A DNA stretch of 64,000 nucleotides from Gammaproteobacteria bacterium (GCA_965238175.1 CBDEGZ010000003.1:3072001-3136000); one strand, 5' to 3'; positions 17,601 to 26,631 are shown, numbered from the stretch's first letter. Program-made: numbers and translations. The notes: generated by a model not told the origin, from the letters alone.

Positions 17601-19875
17601 CGCCATCGCCATCAGGATCTGGATCAGTTCCATTGTCAGATTTATCAAGTACTTGTGGATACCCATTAGGTAAAAGTGCACTCGTGATCTCGGCCTGATT
17701 AAAAAATGGACCCGTTTGAGTTCCAATATCAACACGTACCGTAAGCGTCAAACTTTGACTTGTACCTGCTGCTATAGTGTCTGAACCTGCAAGTAAGTTT
17801 TTCTGGGATTGTCCATCATAAGGTGTCACTGGAGCAGTCAATGCCCCACGGTTAACTGCTGTAACAGCAATACTGTTTACCCCAGGAAAAGCCGCAGTTA
17901 AATCATCTGTAACTTGAACATTTAATGCATCTTCAGCAGCTAAATTCTCGATCACCATTCCGAACTCAATGTCATACGTCGTTCCTGAAACTAAACTGAC
18001 ACTGTTAACTTGTTTTGCTATCCCGAGCGAAATGAACCGACAACCATAGAGGGGTATAGCTGGATCGCCGGGATTGATTACCGATGCTAAACCAACTCCC
18101 CCTGCCGAACCGTTATAATTACCACCGTCTGGACCTGTTCCACCTGTGAGAGCATTACCTACTCCACCAGCACCACCTATAACGTTTTGGCCCGCAAGGC
18201 CATTTGTATGCGTAGTATCCGATAACCAGATAACACCACCAGCGCCACCACCACCAGCACCGTCTTGGCCATTCTGACTTGAACCACCAGCACCACCCGC
18301 TGCCGAAAGCGGTGTATTTATGACTGCAGTTCCAGTATGAACGAGGATTGTTCCGCCAGCACCACCACCACCACCACCTTCAGATTGTGCAGACCCAGCA
18401 GAGTCGCCATCAGCGCTTATCGTCCCATTACCTGTGATGTTCTTAGCTCTGATATATAAAATACCACCACCTGCTTGTCCACTAGAAACTGCCAGGACAA
18501 AACTGGCTAGATTATTACCGTTACTTCCACCACCACCACCACCCATGGCAAATCGAGTTGCAGTAGGCGTCCCACCATTAATTTGTTGGAAAAACGTACC
18601 ACCACCAATGCCGTGCGAGAACTGGTTATCAGTACCCCGTCCACCATCACCACCTCGATTTATATGGCCACCGCCACCGCCACCGCCATCTTCAGAAAAA
18701 CCTGCGCCAGAACCTGCATTACCAGGAGCACCTTGTCCCGTATCCCTTGTCCAATCCGTTTGCCATAAGACAGGAGGAATTGTAGCCGGAACAGGGTCAT
18801 TCGTATTTCCGAACAGGGCATCATTATCCACATCATCTCTAACGAATCTATATATATTCTGATAAGGGGCAGTATTGCCGAGATCGTCAGTTCCAGGATA
18901 ACCTACTGCACCTACTTCTTCACCTAAGGTGCCAGCATTTTCACTTAATAAGACCTGACTAAACGTCCGACTCGGTGAGCCAGCGATCCCCTCTCCCTTA
19001 AACCCAAAGTTATAGACATTCGCTTCAACTGTACCGGAAGGTCCATCACCATCATCCAAATTACGATTCCTGAAGAACTGTCCACCTCGAAAGCCTCTAC
19101 CCGTTGCATTGATACTACCCGCTACATTCAAGGTTTCTTGAACATTAAGCGCTGCAATACCACCCCATCGCCCATTCCATCGATCGGGAACTACCTCTCC
19201 TGTAGCGGTAATATCAAGGTTTACAAACTGAGGTACCTTGATAACTTGATAGCGACGAAAACCTGAATTGCCCGAAACCGTATCCGAGCTACTGTAAGCA
19301 TTGGTCAAACCACCACCAACTGCCGTACCTTCAACGGGAACTGAACCACCAGATACCGGACCCGTGGCAATCAAATACTCATAATGACCTACAGCTACAT
19401 TTGCAGGGAGATAGCCGGCTTGTTCAAAGCCGCCATTGCCATCACCATATTGCCCTACTGGCTGTCCAGCATCCACCAAATGCTGGTTAACAAAATGATT
19501 GTCGGCAGAGTCAATATCCGCCCCCTGCATCTGTACGATAATTAATATATCGCCCGCTGCAATGGTAGAGCTAACTCGCGCATCGAGATTCGTCGCCTGA
19601 GGACTATCAATGGGTATAGAGGTTGAACCAGCAGAAACTGTGACAGCGCCTGTCGGTGCTGGGTAATAGACATTTACACGAGTGAGTGGCGTGGTAATTT
19701 GTAGATGACCATCTTGTCCTGTAGAGCAAACAAGATCAGCCCACGCTGTTCCAGAAAAGGTGGCGAAAAGAAGGCTAATTAAACCAACAATACCAAACTT
19801 CTGTATCTGCTTTAAAAATAAACTAACTACCGTTCTACCTGAATCATTCAGATATTTTTTGGTCCGATTTCTCAT
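11683..19875 (-). CDS. Giant secreted adhesin-like protein: Gly-rich N-domain, DUF11/SdrD-B-like Ig repeats, OmpA-like domain, C-terminal outer-membrane beta-barrel region
   Basis: Signal peptide ending AWA; poly-Gly tracts; LSKRADRSEAVIGDIVFYTL (DUF11-like); GKVFDDRNSNGVQDKGEEGIPGVRL (SdrD-B-like); IYFDSGKS..GHTD..NQGLSEARA..NRRSEI (OmpA_C); amphipathic strands ending in Trp. Confidence 0.88.
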   Translation of the reverse strand: MRNRTKKYLNDSGRTVVSLFLKQIQKFGIVGLISLLFATFSGTAWADLVCSTGQDGHLQITTPLTRVNVYYPAPTGAVTVSAGSTSIPIDSPQATNLDARVSSTIAAGDILIIVQMQGADIDSADNHFVNQHLVDAGQPVGQYGDGNGGFEQAGYLPANVAVGHYEYLIATGPVSGGSVPVEGTAVGGGLTNAYSSSDTVSGNSGFRRYQVIKVPQFVNLDITATGEVVPDRWNGRWGGIAALNVQETLNVAGSINATGRGFRGGQFFRNRNLDDGDGPSGTVEANVYNFGFKGEGIAGSPSRTFSQVLLSENAGTLGEEVGAVGYPGTDDLGNTAPYQNIYRFVRDDVDNDALFGNTNDPVPATIPPVLWQTDWTRDTGQGAPGNAGSGAGFSEDGGGGGGGHINRGGDGGRGTDNQFSHGIGGGTFFQQINGGTPTATRFAMGGGGGGSNGNNLASFVLAVSSGQAGGGILYIRAKNITGNGTISADGDSAGSAQSEGGGGGGAGGTILVHTGTAVINTPLSAAGGAGGSSQNGQDGAGGGGAGGVIWLSDTTHTNGLAGQNVIGGAGGVGNALTGGTGPDGGNYNGSAGGVGLASVINPGDPAIPLYGCRFISLGIAKQVNSVSLVSGTTYDIEFGMVIENLAAEDALNVQVTDDLTAAFPGVNSIAVTAVNRGALTAPVTPYDGQSQKNLLAGSDTIAAGTSQSLTLTVRVDIGTQTGPFFNQAEITSALLPNGYPQVLDKSDNGTDPDPDGDGDPSETISLGGNSSENDPTQIILAVSSAISLTKEVAEVTQVGSNLRLRFRLVIQNTGVLNLNNLSLVDDVSTQFGSAFVAYETGSSTIVSSTATTNPNITNSLPNLFDGTSGRLDAGQQITFDFSVLINPQASGIPNPLTNQARITGEDVAAPGSFITDLSDSGVDPTTTNPGAPGDTTGSDDPTPITYTTGITGVVWLDTDGNDQLGSTENPLEGWTIIARDSNGNTVGTLVTTADGLFDFTGLTPGNFTIDAITPQGVTFYRETIPIPNATVVNVPIPVDPSGVIYNTVTRAPVPGVGIDLVDSSNNVVPTACLLPGQSGQVTSANGQYRFDLQLGVAGCTLLAGDYRVRLTTIPGGFIQPSTTILSEAGALDATTCPGDATTGPPCNLQAQATPPQAGDATRYFYTWALEAGDQDVINNHIPIDPLATTGSILLSKRADRSEAVIGDIVFYTLEAENTTSNNLDNIDIQDDLPGGFRYVPESALLIREGADGELGTLDDLKTIINPTGVDPINFGGLSFAPGEAIQIAYFTRVSTGVVAGEYVNTAIALFFGGPVSNQATAKVRIIQDPILQKTTIIGKVFDDRNSNGVQDKGEEGIPGVRLATVEGLLIETDRYGRYHIADIDGGRLDRGRNYIVKVDPATLPEGTVFVSENPRVLRITQALVSKFNFAVKLPEPGRLTLAGRPEVQETVKEEVVKLSNVVDPIYFDSGKSFIRPEHIKQLQEVLYLLSDKPNIRVHIVGHTDTQRLAPATARKYRDNQGLSEARAAKTARIFEQRMGLSKGSITTSGRSFNEPAATNETPEGMQLNRRSEIEVHYDIIEERTVEKKVFVASKPGDSRILLPDGGAIWAVEDPAANDPRLSIMAHSALIINDGSVAEPVTFSLYSNYKHFIDHWELAIFADSDRDMVQPIATLRGNDISFMDKVTWDGEGFNGQRYETGAPLTYVLRTYDAEGHMDETAPQFLKTIDADLIRNAQIADGLAIYGKSQLARQTIPVHGSRVRLHGVDLNKNHKLMVDGVEVPVAENNTFVIEQHLPPGQHTFDLELETSTEEKWAYAVPIDVTGKYMFLVGLANMTIGNNSVSGNASPLEVDDHFDEEIFVDGRLAMYLKGKIKGKYLITAQIDTTEDELKNIGSNLERKDPSRIFRRLDSDRFYPIYGDDSTTISDVDTQGAAYVRVDWDKSHFVWGNYHTGFTGNEFAQYDRSLYGVQLQHRSVNTTKFGDHKVELNGFGSEAQTSFAHNEFSATGGSLYYLRDKDIVQGSEKVWVEIRAKDTERVLENITLEEGRDYEIDYIQGRLILSRPLTQVANNSAPAIIKDRPLEGNNVYLLSDYEFVADGFEADKITAGGRSKVWVTDNLALGATVVKENRDDSDYRMHGTDVTLKLGKGTYVKGEYAKTDARQTDSDSQSLDGGLSFSDKNPVNGNDRVDGRAFSIEGKVNLTEVTEGKTDGRLEVWYKDRDSGFSAARVDNGIDTLDAGLEGQIQATENLTISGRGTVYDRDGLSKETNLSLQGDYAVTNEFAVGAEIRHEDIDDFLTGEDGSANLLGVSAEYFFTEQTRMYGALQGTLSEKDDYDDNDMATVGVTTQVNDRLALKGEVSVGDRGNAYVAGVEYAVNDKTTLSLSSGFGDGATSQVGANYTTASGVDLYGTYAIDPDRTGSKRSTLTMGSRREYANGLKLFSENQFVESDLQDGVSKVYGLDFALSDAWSLSASMQSSNLDVTGAEDIERDVLSVGAQYGSDGVQGSTRLEYRKDEGSVNATQWLTSNAIEWKQDPSLRWLGKLNFSVTNDDDDSRKDGKFTELDFGAAYRPTFNDKLNILAKYSFLFDLPSEGQISTRRPNDERSHVLSLEGLYDLDEYWELGGKLAYKRGDIRQDRDQGKWFETGARLAVVRARYHFIKHWDGLAEYRWLQSETEDDMRHGALLGLYRHLGDNVKVGAGYNFTKFDDDLTRQDYDVHGLFLDIIGKW

Positions 19876-19992
19876 TCAACATCCCCTCAGAGTTGCAATT
19901 TGATACCGACAGCAGATTAAAAATAACCAGTTGTTCGACATCCTCAGTTGTTCAAGCTATATCACTTACAATACTAAATTTGTATTTATAAC

Positions 19993-20008
19993 TGCATGTT
20001 TCATGCCA
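19993..20008 (-). promoter_or_regulatory. Candidate sigma54 (-24/-12) promoter of the giant gene
   Basis: Minus strand TGGCATGAAACATGCA with exact GG-N10-GC spacing; dyad TGTA-N7-TACA at 20045-20059 upstream. Confidence 0.55.
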
Positions 20009-20085
20009 TTTTCACCAAATTAAAGACTTTTATTTCACTTCAATTGTAGTTACCTTACATTTTTATTATTTTTAGAGATTTGTAT

Positions 20086-20667
20086 ATGTCTGGAGCCCTC
20101 TATTATCAACTCGAAACAACCCTGTTAAACGCAGGCTCGATAATTTCACCTGCTGAAGCACAGGGCGCATTGTGTGGGATCCTTAGTCTCTCTTCAACAC
20201 TTGATATTAATGTCTGGATGAATTTCATCCTTGACGAACAAACTCAGGCTGATACTCAAGCTGAACAACGATCAAACCTGAATGCTGAGCTGGTCGAACT
20301 GCAGGATATGACTGAAAATGGTTTTGATCCAATCTCAGGTGGTATGGAACTCTTATTACCTCCAGATGAGACAGATCTACCTGAACGATTAGAAGCACTA
20401 GCTTCCTGGTGCGAAGGGTTTCTTTACGGAGTTGGAGTCAGTGATAATGAGTTAGGCAAAAAGAACAAATTATCTGAAAGTGCAGAGGAATTTATAACCG
20501 ACGTTCGTGAAATCGGAAAGCTCGATACAAAATCTGAAGATGAAGACGCCGAACATTACTATATGGAACTCTTTGAATATATCCGCGTAGGTGTGCTAGT
20601 TTTCCGTGAAGAAATCCAAGCGAATGCTATAATTTCAAGCTCTCTCTCAAATAAAATTCAACATTAA
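20086..20667 (+). CDS. ygfB: UPF0149 family protein YgfB
   Basis: SPAEAQGALCG...LLLP...R.EALASWCEGFLYG...ELFEYIRV; upstream of pepP. Confidence 0.9.
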   Translation: MSGALYYQLETTLLNAGSIISPAEAQGALCGILSLSSTLDINVWMNFILDEQTQADTQAEQRSNLNAELVELQDMTENGFDPISGGMELLLPPDETDLPERLEALASWCEGFLYGVGVSDNELGKKNKLSESAEEFITDVREIGKLDTKSEDEDAEHYYMELFEYIRVGVLVFREEIQANAIISSSLSNKIQH

Positions 20668-20669
20668 TT

Positions 20670-21983
20670 ATGGAAAGAAAAGAATTCGCACGCCGTCGCA
20701 AACGCCTGATGGATATCATGAACATCGGCAGTATCGCAATTTTGCCAACTTCAGAAATACGTAGTCGCAATAATGACGTCGATTATCAATATCGACCCGA
20801 TAGTGATTTTTATTATCTAACCGGCTTTCCAGAACCAGAAGCCGTGGCCGTTTTAATTCCTGATCGCAAACATGGTGAATTTATCCTCTTTTGTCGTGAA
20901 AAAGATCCAGAAATGGAAACATGGCATGGTCGACGCTCTGGTCTTGAAAAGGCGGTTGAATATTACGGTGCTGATGATGCATTTCCAATTGGCGATATTG
21001 ATGAAATTTTACCGGGCTTGATCGAAAACAAAGATCGCGTTTTTTACAACATGGGAATTGATCCTAATTTTGATGCGCATATACAAGGCTGGGTTAATCA
21101 AGTGCGAAATAAAGCCCGATCAGGTGTCACCGCACCAGAAGAATTTATCTCACTAGGCCACGCATTGCATGAACTACGTCTGTTTAAAAGTCGTGGTGAG
21201 ATCAAAGCCATGCGTCGTGCAGCACAGATCTCGGCCAAGGCACACACTCGTGCAATGAAACAATGTCGGCCAGGCATGAAGGAATACCAGATTGAAGCAG
21301 AGTTATTACACGAATTTATGAAGCATGGATGCCGTTCATCCGCATACCCATCAATTATCGGTGGCGGCGAAAATGGATGTATTCTCCATTACACAGAAAA
21401 TTCTGATCCATTGAATGATGGCGATCTATTATTGATCGACGCTGGCACTGAACATGATTGTTACGCAAGCGATATTACCCGCACCTTCCCAGTTAACGGC
21501 CAGTTTAGCCCAGCACAAAAAATACTCTATGAAATTGTGCTGCAAGCGCAGGAAGCTGCAATAGAAAAAATCCAACCAGGCAACCACTGGAATGATCCAC
21601 ATAAAGCCGCCGTTCGGATAATTACCCGCGGACTAAAAGAAATCGGCCTACTCAAAGGTCGCCTACCAACTTTGATCAAACAAGAAGCCTATCGGCCTTT
21701 TTATATGCATCGTACTGGCCACTGGTTAGGAATGGATGTACACGACGTTGGTGACTACAAAGTCAATGGGGATTGGCGCATGCTTGAAGCAGGTATGATT
21801 ATGACTGTTGAGCCAGGGCTCTATATCAAAGAGCATTCTCGCGGTGTCGCAAAAAAATGGTGGAACATGGGCATTCGTATCGAAGACGATGTTCTCGTGA
21901 CTCGAAACGGACACGATATCCTTAGTAAAGATGTACCAAAATCCATCGCAGAAATTGAAGCTCTGATGGATCATGCAACCTGA
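20670..21983 (+). CDS. pepP: Xaa-Pro aminopeptidase
   Basis: DSDFYYLTGF N-domain; DAG, DITRT, HRTGHWLGMDVHD, TVEPG, RIEDD metal ligands. Confidence 0.96.
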   Translation: MERKEFARRRKRLMDIMNIGSIAILPTSEIRSRNNDVDYQYRPDSDFYYLTGFPEPEAVAVLIPDRKHGEFILFCREKDPEMETWHGRRSGLEKAVEYYGADDAFPIGDIDEILPGLIENKDRVFYNMGIDPNFDAHIQGWVNQVRNKARSGVTAPEEFISLGHALHELRLFKSRGEIKAMRRAAQISAKAHTRAMKQCRPGMKEYQIEAELLHEFMKHGCRSSAYPSIIGGGENGCILHYTENSDPLNDGDLLLIDAGTEHDCYASDITRTFPVNGQFSPAQKILYEIVLQAQEAAIEKIQPGNHWNDPHKAAVRIITRGLKEIGLLKGRLPTLIKQEAYRPFYMHRTGHWLGMDVHDVGDYKVNGDWRMLEAGMIMTVEPGLYIKEHSRGVAKKWWNMGIRIEDDVLVTRNGHDILSKDVPKSIAEIEALMDHAT

Positions 21984-23208
21984 TTTTGATTGCTTGATCG
22001 TCGGTGGTGGAATGGTTGGAGCGAGCCTGGCCTGCGCACTTCGCAATCAAACTTTAGACAATCGACCGATCAAAATTGCGGTTGTCGAAGCATCCGCTCC
22101 CAGTAAAAATAATCCTCCTAGCTATGATGATCGTGGACTAGGAATTGCTCCTGCATCGCAACGGATCCTGCAAGGTCTTGGCTTATGGGGAAAACTCAAA
22201 GTGGAAGCAACACCGATCAAAAAAATTCATATTTCTGATCGTGGCCATTTTGCAACAACGCGACTGTCAGCAGAAAAAATGGGCGCCGTTCAACTTGGCC
22301 ATATTGTCATCGGACGTGCGTTGGGTGAAGTTCTACAAAATAGCATCGACAACTCTGCAAATATCGAATTCATCTGTCCAGCAACCGTTTCTAATATAGA
22401 ACATCAAAGTGATCATATTTCTATAGACATTCAGAACCCAAACAAGACTAAAAAAATCACCGCAAGTTTACTGATTGCTGCTGACGGTGGTAATTCACAA
22501 GTTAGAAAAATACTCGGTGTTGAAGCTGAAACTAAAGAATATGATCAAACTGCAATAGTAACCAACGTCACACCTGAAATACCGCATAACAATACCGCCT
22601 TTGAGCGTTTCACATCCACAGGCCCTCTGGCATTACTCCCCTCTTCGGATCAAAGATGTGTCGTTGTCTGGACAACTAAAACTGATCAAGTCGATTCCAT
22701 CATGCAACTCGAAGATCCGGAGTTTCTTGACCAATTAGAAAAAAGATTTGGCCGTCGATTAGGAAAGTTTTTAAAGATGGGCCAGCGTCGAAGCTACCCA
22801 ATGAATTTGATCAAAGCCAAGCAACTGATAGGTCCACGATTTGCAATTCTCGGTAATGCTGCACACACCATTCATCCAAATGCTGCACAGGGTTTAAACC
22901 TTGGGCTTAGAGATATTACGCAAATGGCAGAGTTAATCGTTGATGCCGCTCGCAACAATAAAGATATTGGTCACCCAGAATTACTGAATACTTATGCGGA
23001 ATCACGTCAAAAAGATCACCAGCAAGTGATCCATTTTAGCGATGGTTTGACCAAACTATTCTACAACGACAACCCTGTTCTAATCACCCTACGGAATCTT
23101 GCAATGTTAGGTGTTGAACATTTCCCACCTGCAAAACGTGCTTTAACAAGACGTGCGATGGGACTATCAGGTGAGCCACCCCGTTTGGTCAGAGGGCTAC
23201 CTCTTTGA
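21973..23208 (+). CDS. ubiH: 2-octaprenyl-6-methoxyphenol hydroxylase
   Basis: GGGMVG FAD motif, AFERFT..GPLALLP, GNAAHTIHP.AAQGLNLGLRD; pepP-ubiH-ubiI synteny. Confidence 0.93.
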   Translation: MQPDFDCLIVGGGMVGASLACALRNQTLDNRPIKIAVVEASAPSKNNPPSYDDRGLGIAPASQRILQGLGLWGKLKVEATPIKKIHISDRGHFATTRLSAEKMGAVQLGHIVIGRALGEVLQNSIDNSANIEFICPATVSNIEHQSDHISIDIQNPNKTKKITASLLIAADGGNSQVRKILGVEAETKEYDQTAIVTNVTPEIPHNNTAFERFTSTGPLALLPSSDQRCVVVWTTKTDQVDSIMQLEDPEFLDQLEKRFGRRLGKFLKMGQRRSYPMNLIKAKQLIGPRFAILGNAAHTIHPNAAQGLNLGLRDITQMAELIVDAARNNKDIGHPELLNTYAESRQKDHQQVIHFSDGLTKLFYNDNPVLITLRNLAMLGVEHFPPAKRALTRRAMGLSGEPPRLVRGLPL

Positions 23209-24428
23209 GAACAGTACGTAATAATAAAATAGACTATGATTTGATCATCATAGGTGGCGGTGTCACCGGATCTGTTTTAGCTGTCCTGTTAGAACAAACC
23301 AATCTGAAAATTGCACTTGTAGAAGCTAACCGTTTTGATCCCGAAAAAAATGATCCTCGTGTGTTTGCTATCACGCTATCTTCAGAACAAATTTTTCGTT
23401 CTGCTGGAATTTGGGAAGAGCTTCAATCTCAACCCATGGGACATTTCAGAGAGATAAACGTTTGGGATGCGAACGGTTCTGGAAACATTCATTTCGACAG
23501 TAAAACAATTTGCGAACCAACCTTAGGTTACATAATCGAAAACCAAAAAATTCAATCAGCCCTTAAAAATAAAATTGATCCGCTCGAAAATATTGACTGG
23601 CATTGCCCAGAAAAAATTGATCAACTGACAACACATTCTGATCATGTTTCTGTCTTACTAGAATCAGGAAAAAAAATCACATCAAAATTGATCGTTGGTG
23701 CCGATGGTGCTAATTCGCGCGTGCGTGAACTTGCTGAGATTAAAAACGAAATCTACGACTACCAACAAACTGCGATTGTTTGTTCAGTAAAAACCCAAGT
23801 TGTACATAATGATATTGCCAGACAACGTTTTTTAAGCTCCGGGCCACTCGCCTTTCTACCACTTTCAGATCCGCATATGAGCTCGATTGTCTGGTCAACG
23901 ACACCAAATCAAGCCCAAGCTTTGCTCAAAAGCAACGAAGAAATATTTCATCAAGAACTTGAACAAGCATTCGATTCAAAACTCGGATCCATTCTGGAAT
24001 CTAGCCATCGATTCAGCTTTCCTCTCACTCGTGCACATGCAAAAAACTACGTCACAGAAAGAATCGCCTTGATCGGCGATGCTGCTCATCGCGTACACCC
24101 GTTAGCCGGGCAAGGTGCAAACCTAGGAATTCTCGATGCCACCACATTAGCCGAAATTCTTATACAACATTCTGAACATGATATTGGCCGCAAATCCATC
24201 CTGCGAAAATACGAACGCTGGCGCAAGGGCGAGAACCTCAGCGTTATTGCCACGATGGATGGTTTTAAATACTTATTCGGATCAACTTTAGAACCCGTTC
24301 AATGGATCAGAAACACTGGGCTTGATATAACTAACTCTTCAACTTTTGCAAAAAACCTGATCATGCGAAAAGTGATAGGGTTGGAAGGCGATCTTCCTAA
24401 GATTGCTCTTACTAATGATATCTCATGA
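23205..24428 (+). CDS. ubiI: UbiI/VisC-family FAD-dependent hydroxylase
   Basis: GADGANS, ARQRF...GPLAFLP, GDAAHRVHPLAGQGANLG, LRKYERWRK; follows ubiH. Confidence 0.85.
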   Translation: MRTVRNNKIDYDLIIIGGGVTGSVLAVLLEQTNLKIALVEANRFDPEKNDPRVFAITLSSEQIFRSAGIWEELQSQPMGHFREINVWDANGSGNIHFDSKTICEPTLGYIIENQKIQSALKNKIDPLENIDWHCPEKIDQLTTHSDHVSVLLESGKKITSKLIVGADGANSRVRELAEIKNEIYDYQQTAIVCSVKTQVVHNDIARQRFLSSGPLAFLPLSDPHMSSIVWSTTPNQAQALLKSNEEIFHQELEQAFDSKLGSILESSHRFSFPLTRAHAKNYVTERIALIGDAAHRVHPLAGQGANLGILDATTLAEILIQHSEHDIGRKSILRKYERWRKGENLSVIATMDGFKYLFGSTLEPVQWIRNTGLDITNSSTFAKNLIMRKVIGLEGDLPKIALTNDIS

Positions 24429-24594
24429 CCAAAACTGCATTTTTACATCTTTATGATTTGCCTAATCTTTACAGCTGCCGGAACAATTTACTGCGTTGTT
24501 CAACCTTTAGAACTACGCTAATGAGAAAAAACTCGCCACTCTCAACAAATTAATTAACGAATACAAAAGTGAAAGGCAGCTCATATATGTAGAT

Positions 24595-24870
24595 ATGGAA
24601 GATCCTGAGTATAAGAAGATCTTAAAATCAGGCAGTAGTATTTCTCTAAGTGCTATTCAAGAAAAGGTGCTCCCAAAATGTTTACTATTTGGAACCTGCA
24701 TATTTATGCTTTCACTATTTAACCGAAACATAAAAATAAGAGATTTATTTATTATCAACATAGTCCTTATCTTCAGCTTTTTTATGATCAGAAATCTAGC
24801 TTTATTCATTCCTGTTACCTTGGGCTATCTTGCTATAGTGGCTCGAAAATCAATAAGAATGCTTAACTAA
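24595..24870 (+). CDS. Small hydrophobic hypothetical protein, possibly the 3' part of a frameshifted gene starting near 24425
   Basis: Several hydrophobic segments; the frame is open upstream of the ATG; no family recognised. Confidence 0.3.
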   Translation: MEDPEYKKILKSGSSISLSAIQEKVLPKCLLFGTCIFMLSLFNRNIKIRDLFIINIVLIFSFFMIRNLALFIPVTLGYLAIVARKSIRMLN

Positions 24871-25507
24871 TAAACGTATCCTCGAGAAACTCAACTTTTC
24901 CCGTTGAGACATCATACACAGCACCGATAATTCCAATCTCATGAGCATCCAACATATCATCAATAATATCACTTAATCGAATGATTGATTCGATCTGATA
25001 CCGAACATTGAGGTGATTTATTTTTTCGACAAAATCAGGGTTTTCCGAAGTGCGATCAGCTTTATTGGTGACTGTTTTCTCATGGCGTATTGAAGGTTTT
25101 ATCAGGTTTACAATTTCGCCAATGTGACCATCTTTAAAATCATCGCAGGCTGCTTTTACGGCTCCGCACCCTGTGTGCCCCATCACTACAATTAACTTGC
25201 TCCCCAAGTATTTGGTGCTGAACTCAAGACTTCCTATACATTTATCAGATGCAATACTTCCGGCAAGACGCACACTAAAAATGTCTCCCAGTGCCTGATC
25301 AAAAAGTAACTCCACTGGCGCTCTTGAATCACTGCAACTTAGTACAGAAACAAACGGATGCTGTTTGTCTTTTGTCATGTGGATAAGACTAGGGAAATCT
25401 TTATCATCCATATAATTATCAAGAAAACGATTATTGCCTTCCACCAAAATTTCTAATACTTCGGACGGTTTAATCTTGTCACGATCCAGTAATGGGTGTT
25501 TGTACAC
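24863..25507 (-). CDS. Beta-class carbonic anhydrase
   Basis: CSDSR and GHTGCGAV zinc-ligand motifs; EGNNRF N-terminus. Confidence 0.93.
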   Translation of the reverse strand: MYKHPLLDRDKIKPSEVLEILVEGNNRFLDNYMDDKDFPSLIHMTKDKQHPFVSVLSCSDSRAPVELLFDQALGDIFSVRLAGSIASDKCIGSLEFSTKYLGSKLIVVMGHTGCGAVKAACDDFKDGHIGEIVNLIKPSIRHEKTVTNKADRTSENPDFVEKINHLNVRYQIESIIRLSDIIDDMLDAHEIGIIGAVYDVSTGKVEFLEDTFIS

Positions 25508-25674
25508 TGATTATCTCCAATGTAGAAAAAGCAATTCTCACATATGAACTACTGTTTTTATATGGGAATAATTCTTATTATTTGAAATTTAAAAGTGCAC
25601 CCAAAATACTTAAAATCCCCATCACGCTCTTCTTAAATGATCAGTCCATAGTGCTCAGATCATTTTTCCTAAAA

Positions 25675-26631
25675 TCAATATTTACTGAATCTGGGCACCC
25701 AATTCTTCACATTTTTTCTGTATTCAAACCACTCATCGCCAAATCGTTTTTCTATATCAACAGTATGATGCCACCGTACGAAAAGTTCGGAATAGACAAA
25801 CACAACGAAAATGGGAAAGAGCATCATCCAACTTTTATACGCAAACATAATGCTAATAAATATCATCATTGTTGAGACCTGCAAAGGGTTCGCAACATAA
25901 CTATATATTCCCGTTGTGACTAACTTTTGTGGTGGATCAAATGGAATCGGAGTACCTCGACCTTTGCTTGCAAATTCGATCAAGGCAAGGTATCCAGGCA
26001 CCATACTAAAACCCAGGCCAAGTAAAGAAATGCTTGTATGAAGCAAACTCATATGAAAAAAGTTGAAAATATTTTTATCATTTATATACAGTACAATGGA
26101 CGGAATTAAAAATACTATCCAGCCTCCCCAGATATAGGATTGGATCAATGCTCTGGCTAAAACTTGTTGTCGATTAGCTGTTAATTGATAAATTAACAAC
26201 GACGGAAATAGACAACTTATTATTAGTACCGCTTCTCCAACCAACCAATTCTCTCCTAGTGAAAATATTGGTTCTAACAACGGCATACAAAAAATATCAA
26301 TCATTAATGCCACTGCTATCGGAAATATGATATTCAAAGAGCTAAAAACATACGGCAAAAATACTCCCCAAAAGATTGACCAACCAATAATAATTTCCAG
26401 AGGAATATTAGTATAACTATTCTCAGAGGAAGGGTAAGACCACCATCCCATATACTCGGCCAAGAAATTCATTAAGAGAATATAGGGGATCGACAAAAGC
26501 AAACCTAACATTAAACCAACCAGCTCAAAATATGTTGGGCGTCTTATAACAAAAGCGATCCCTATGCCTATCACTGGCATAAGCAAGATCAGGGACTTTA
26601 AAATCTCTGAATTAATTTCGATTAATTGCAT
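25675..26631 (-). CDS. Membrane protein with C-terminal ICMT/PEMT-like methyltransferase domain
   Basis: Multiple TM helices; GRGTPIPFDPPQKLVTTGIYSYVANP...RFG.EW.EY...V..WVP motif. Confidence 0.8.
   Translation of the reverse strand: MQLIEINSEILKSLILLMPVIGIGIAFVIRRPTYFELVGLMLGLLLSIPYILLMNFLAEYMGWWSYPSSENSYTNIPLEIIIGWSIFWGVFLPYVFSSLNIIFPIAVALMIDIFCMPLLEPIFSLGENWLVGEAVLIISCLFPSLLIYQLTANRQQVLARALIQSYIWGGWIVFLIPSIVLYINDKNIFNFFHMSLLHTSISLLGLGFSMVPGYLALIEFASKGRGTPIPFDPPQKLVTTGIYSYVANPLQVSTMMIFISIMFAYKSWMMLFPIFVVFVYSELFVRWHHTVDIEKRFGDEWFEYRKNVKNWVPRFSKY

Noticed and set aside
18434-18862. Proline-rich plus-strand ORF
   Set aside because: Antisense mirror of the poly-Gly (GGT) codons of the giant gene.
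25492-25875. 127-aa plus-strand ORF
   Set aside because: Overlaps two minus-strand genes and has no recognisable features.
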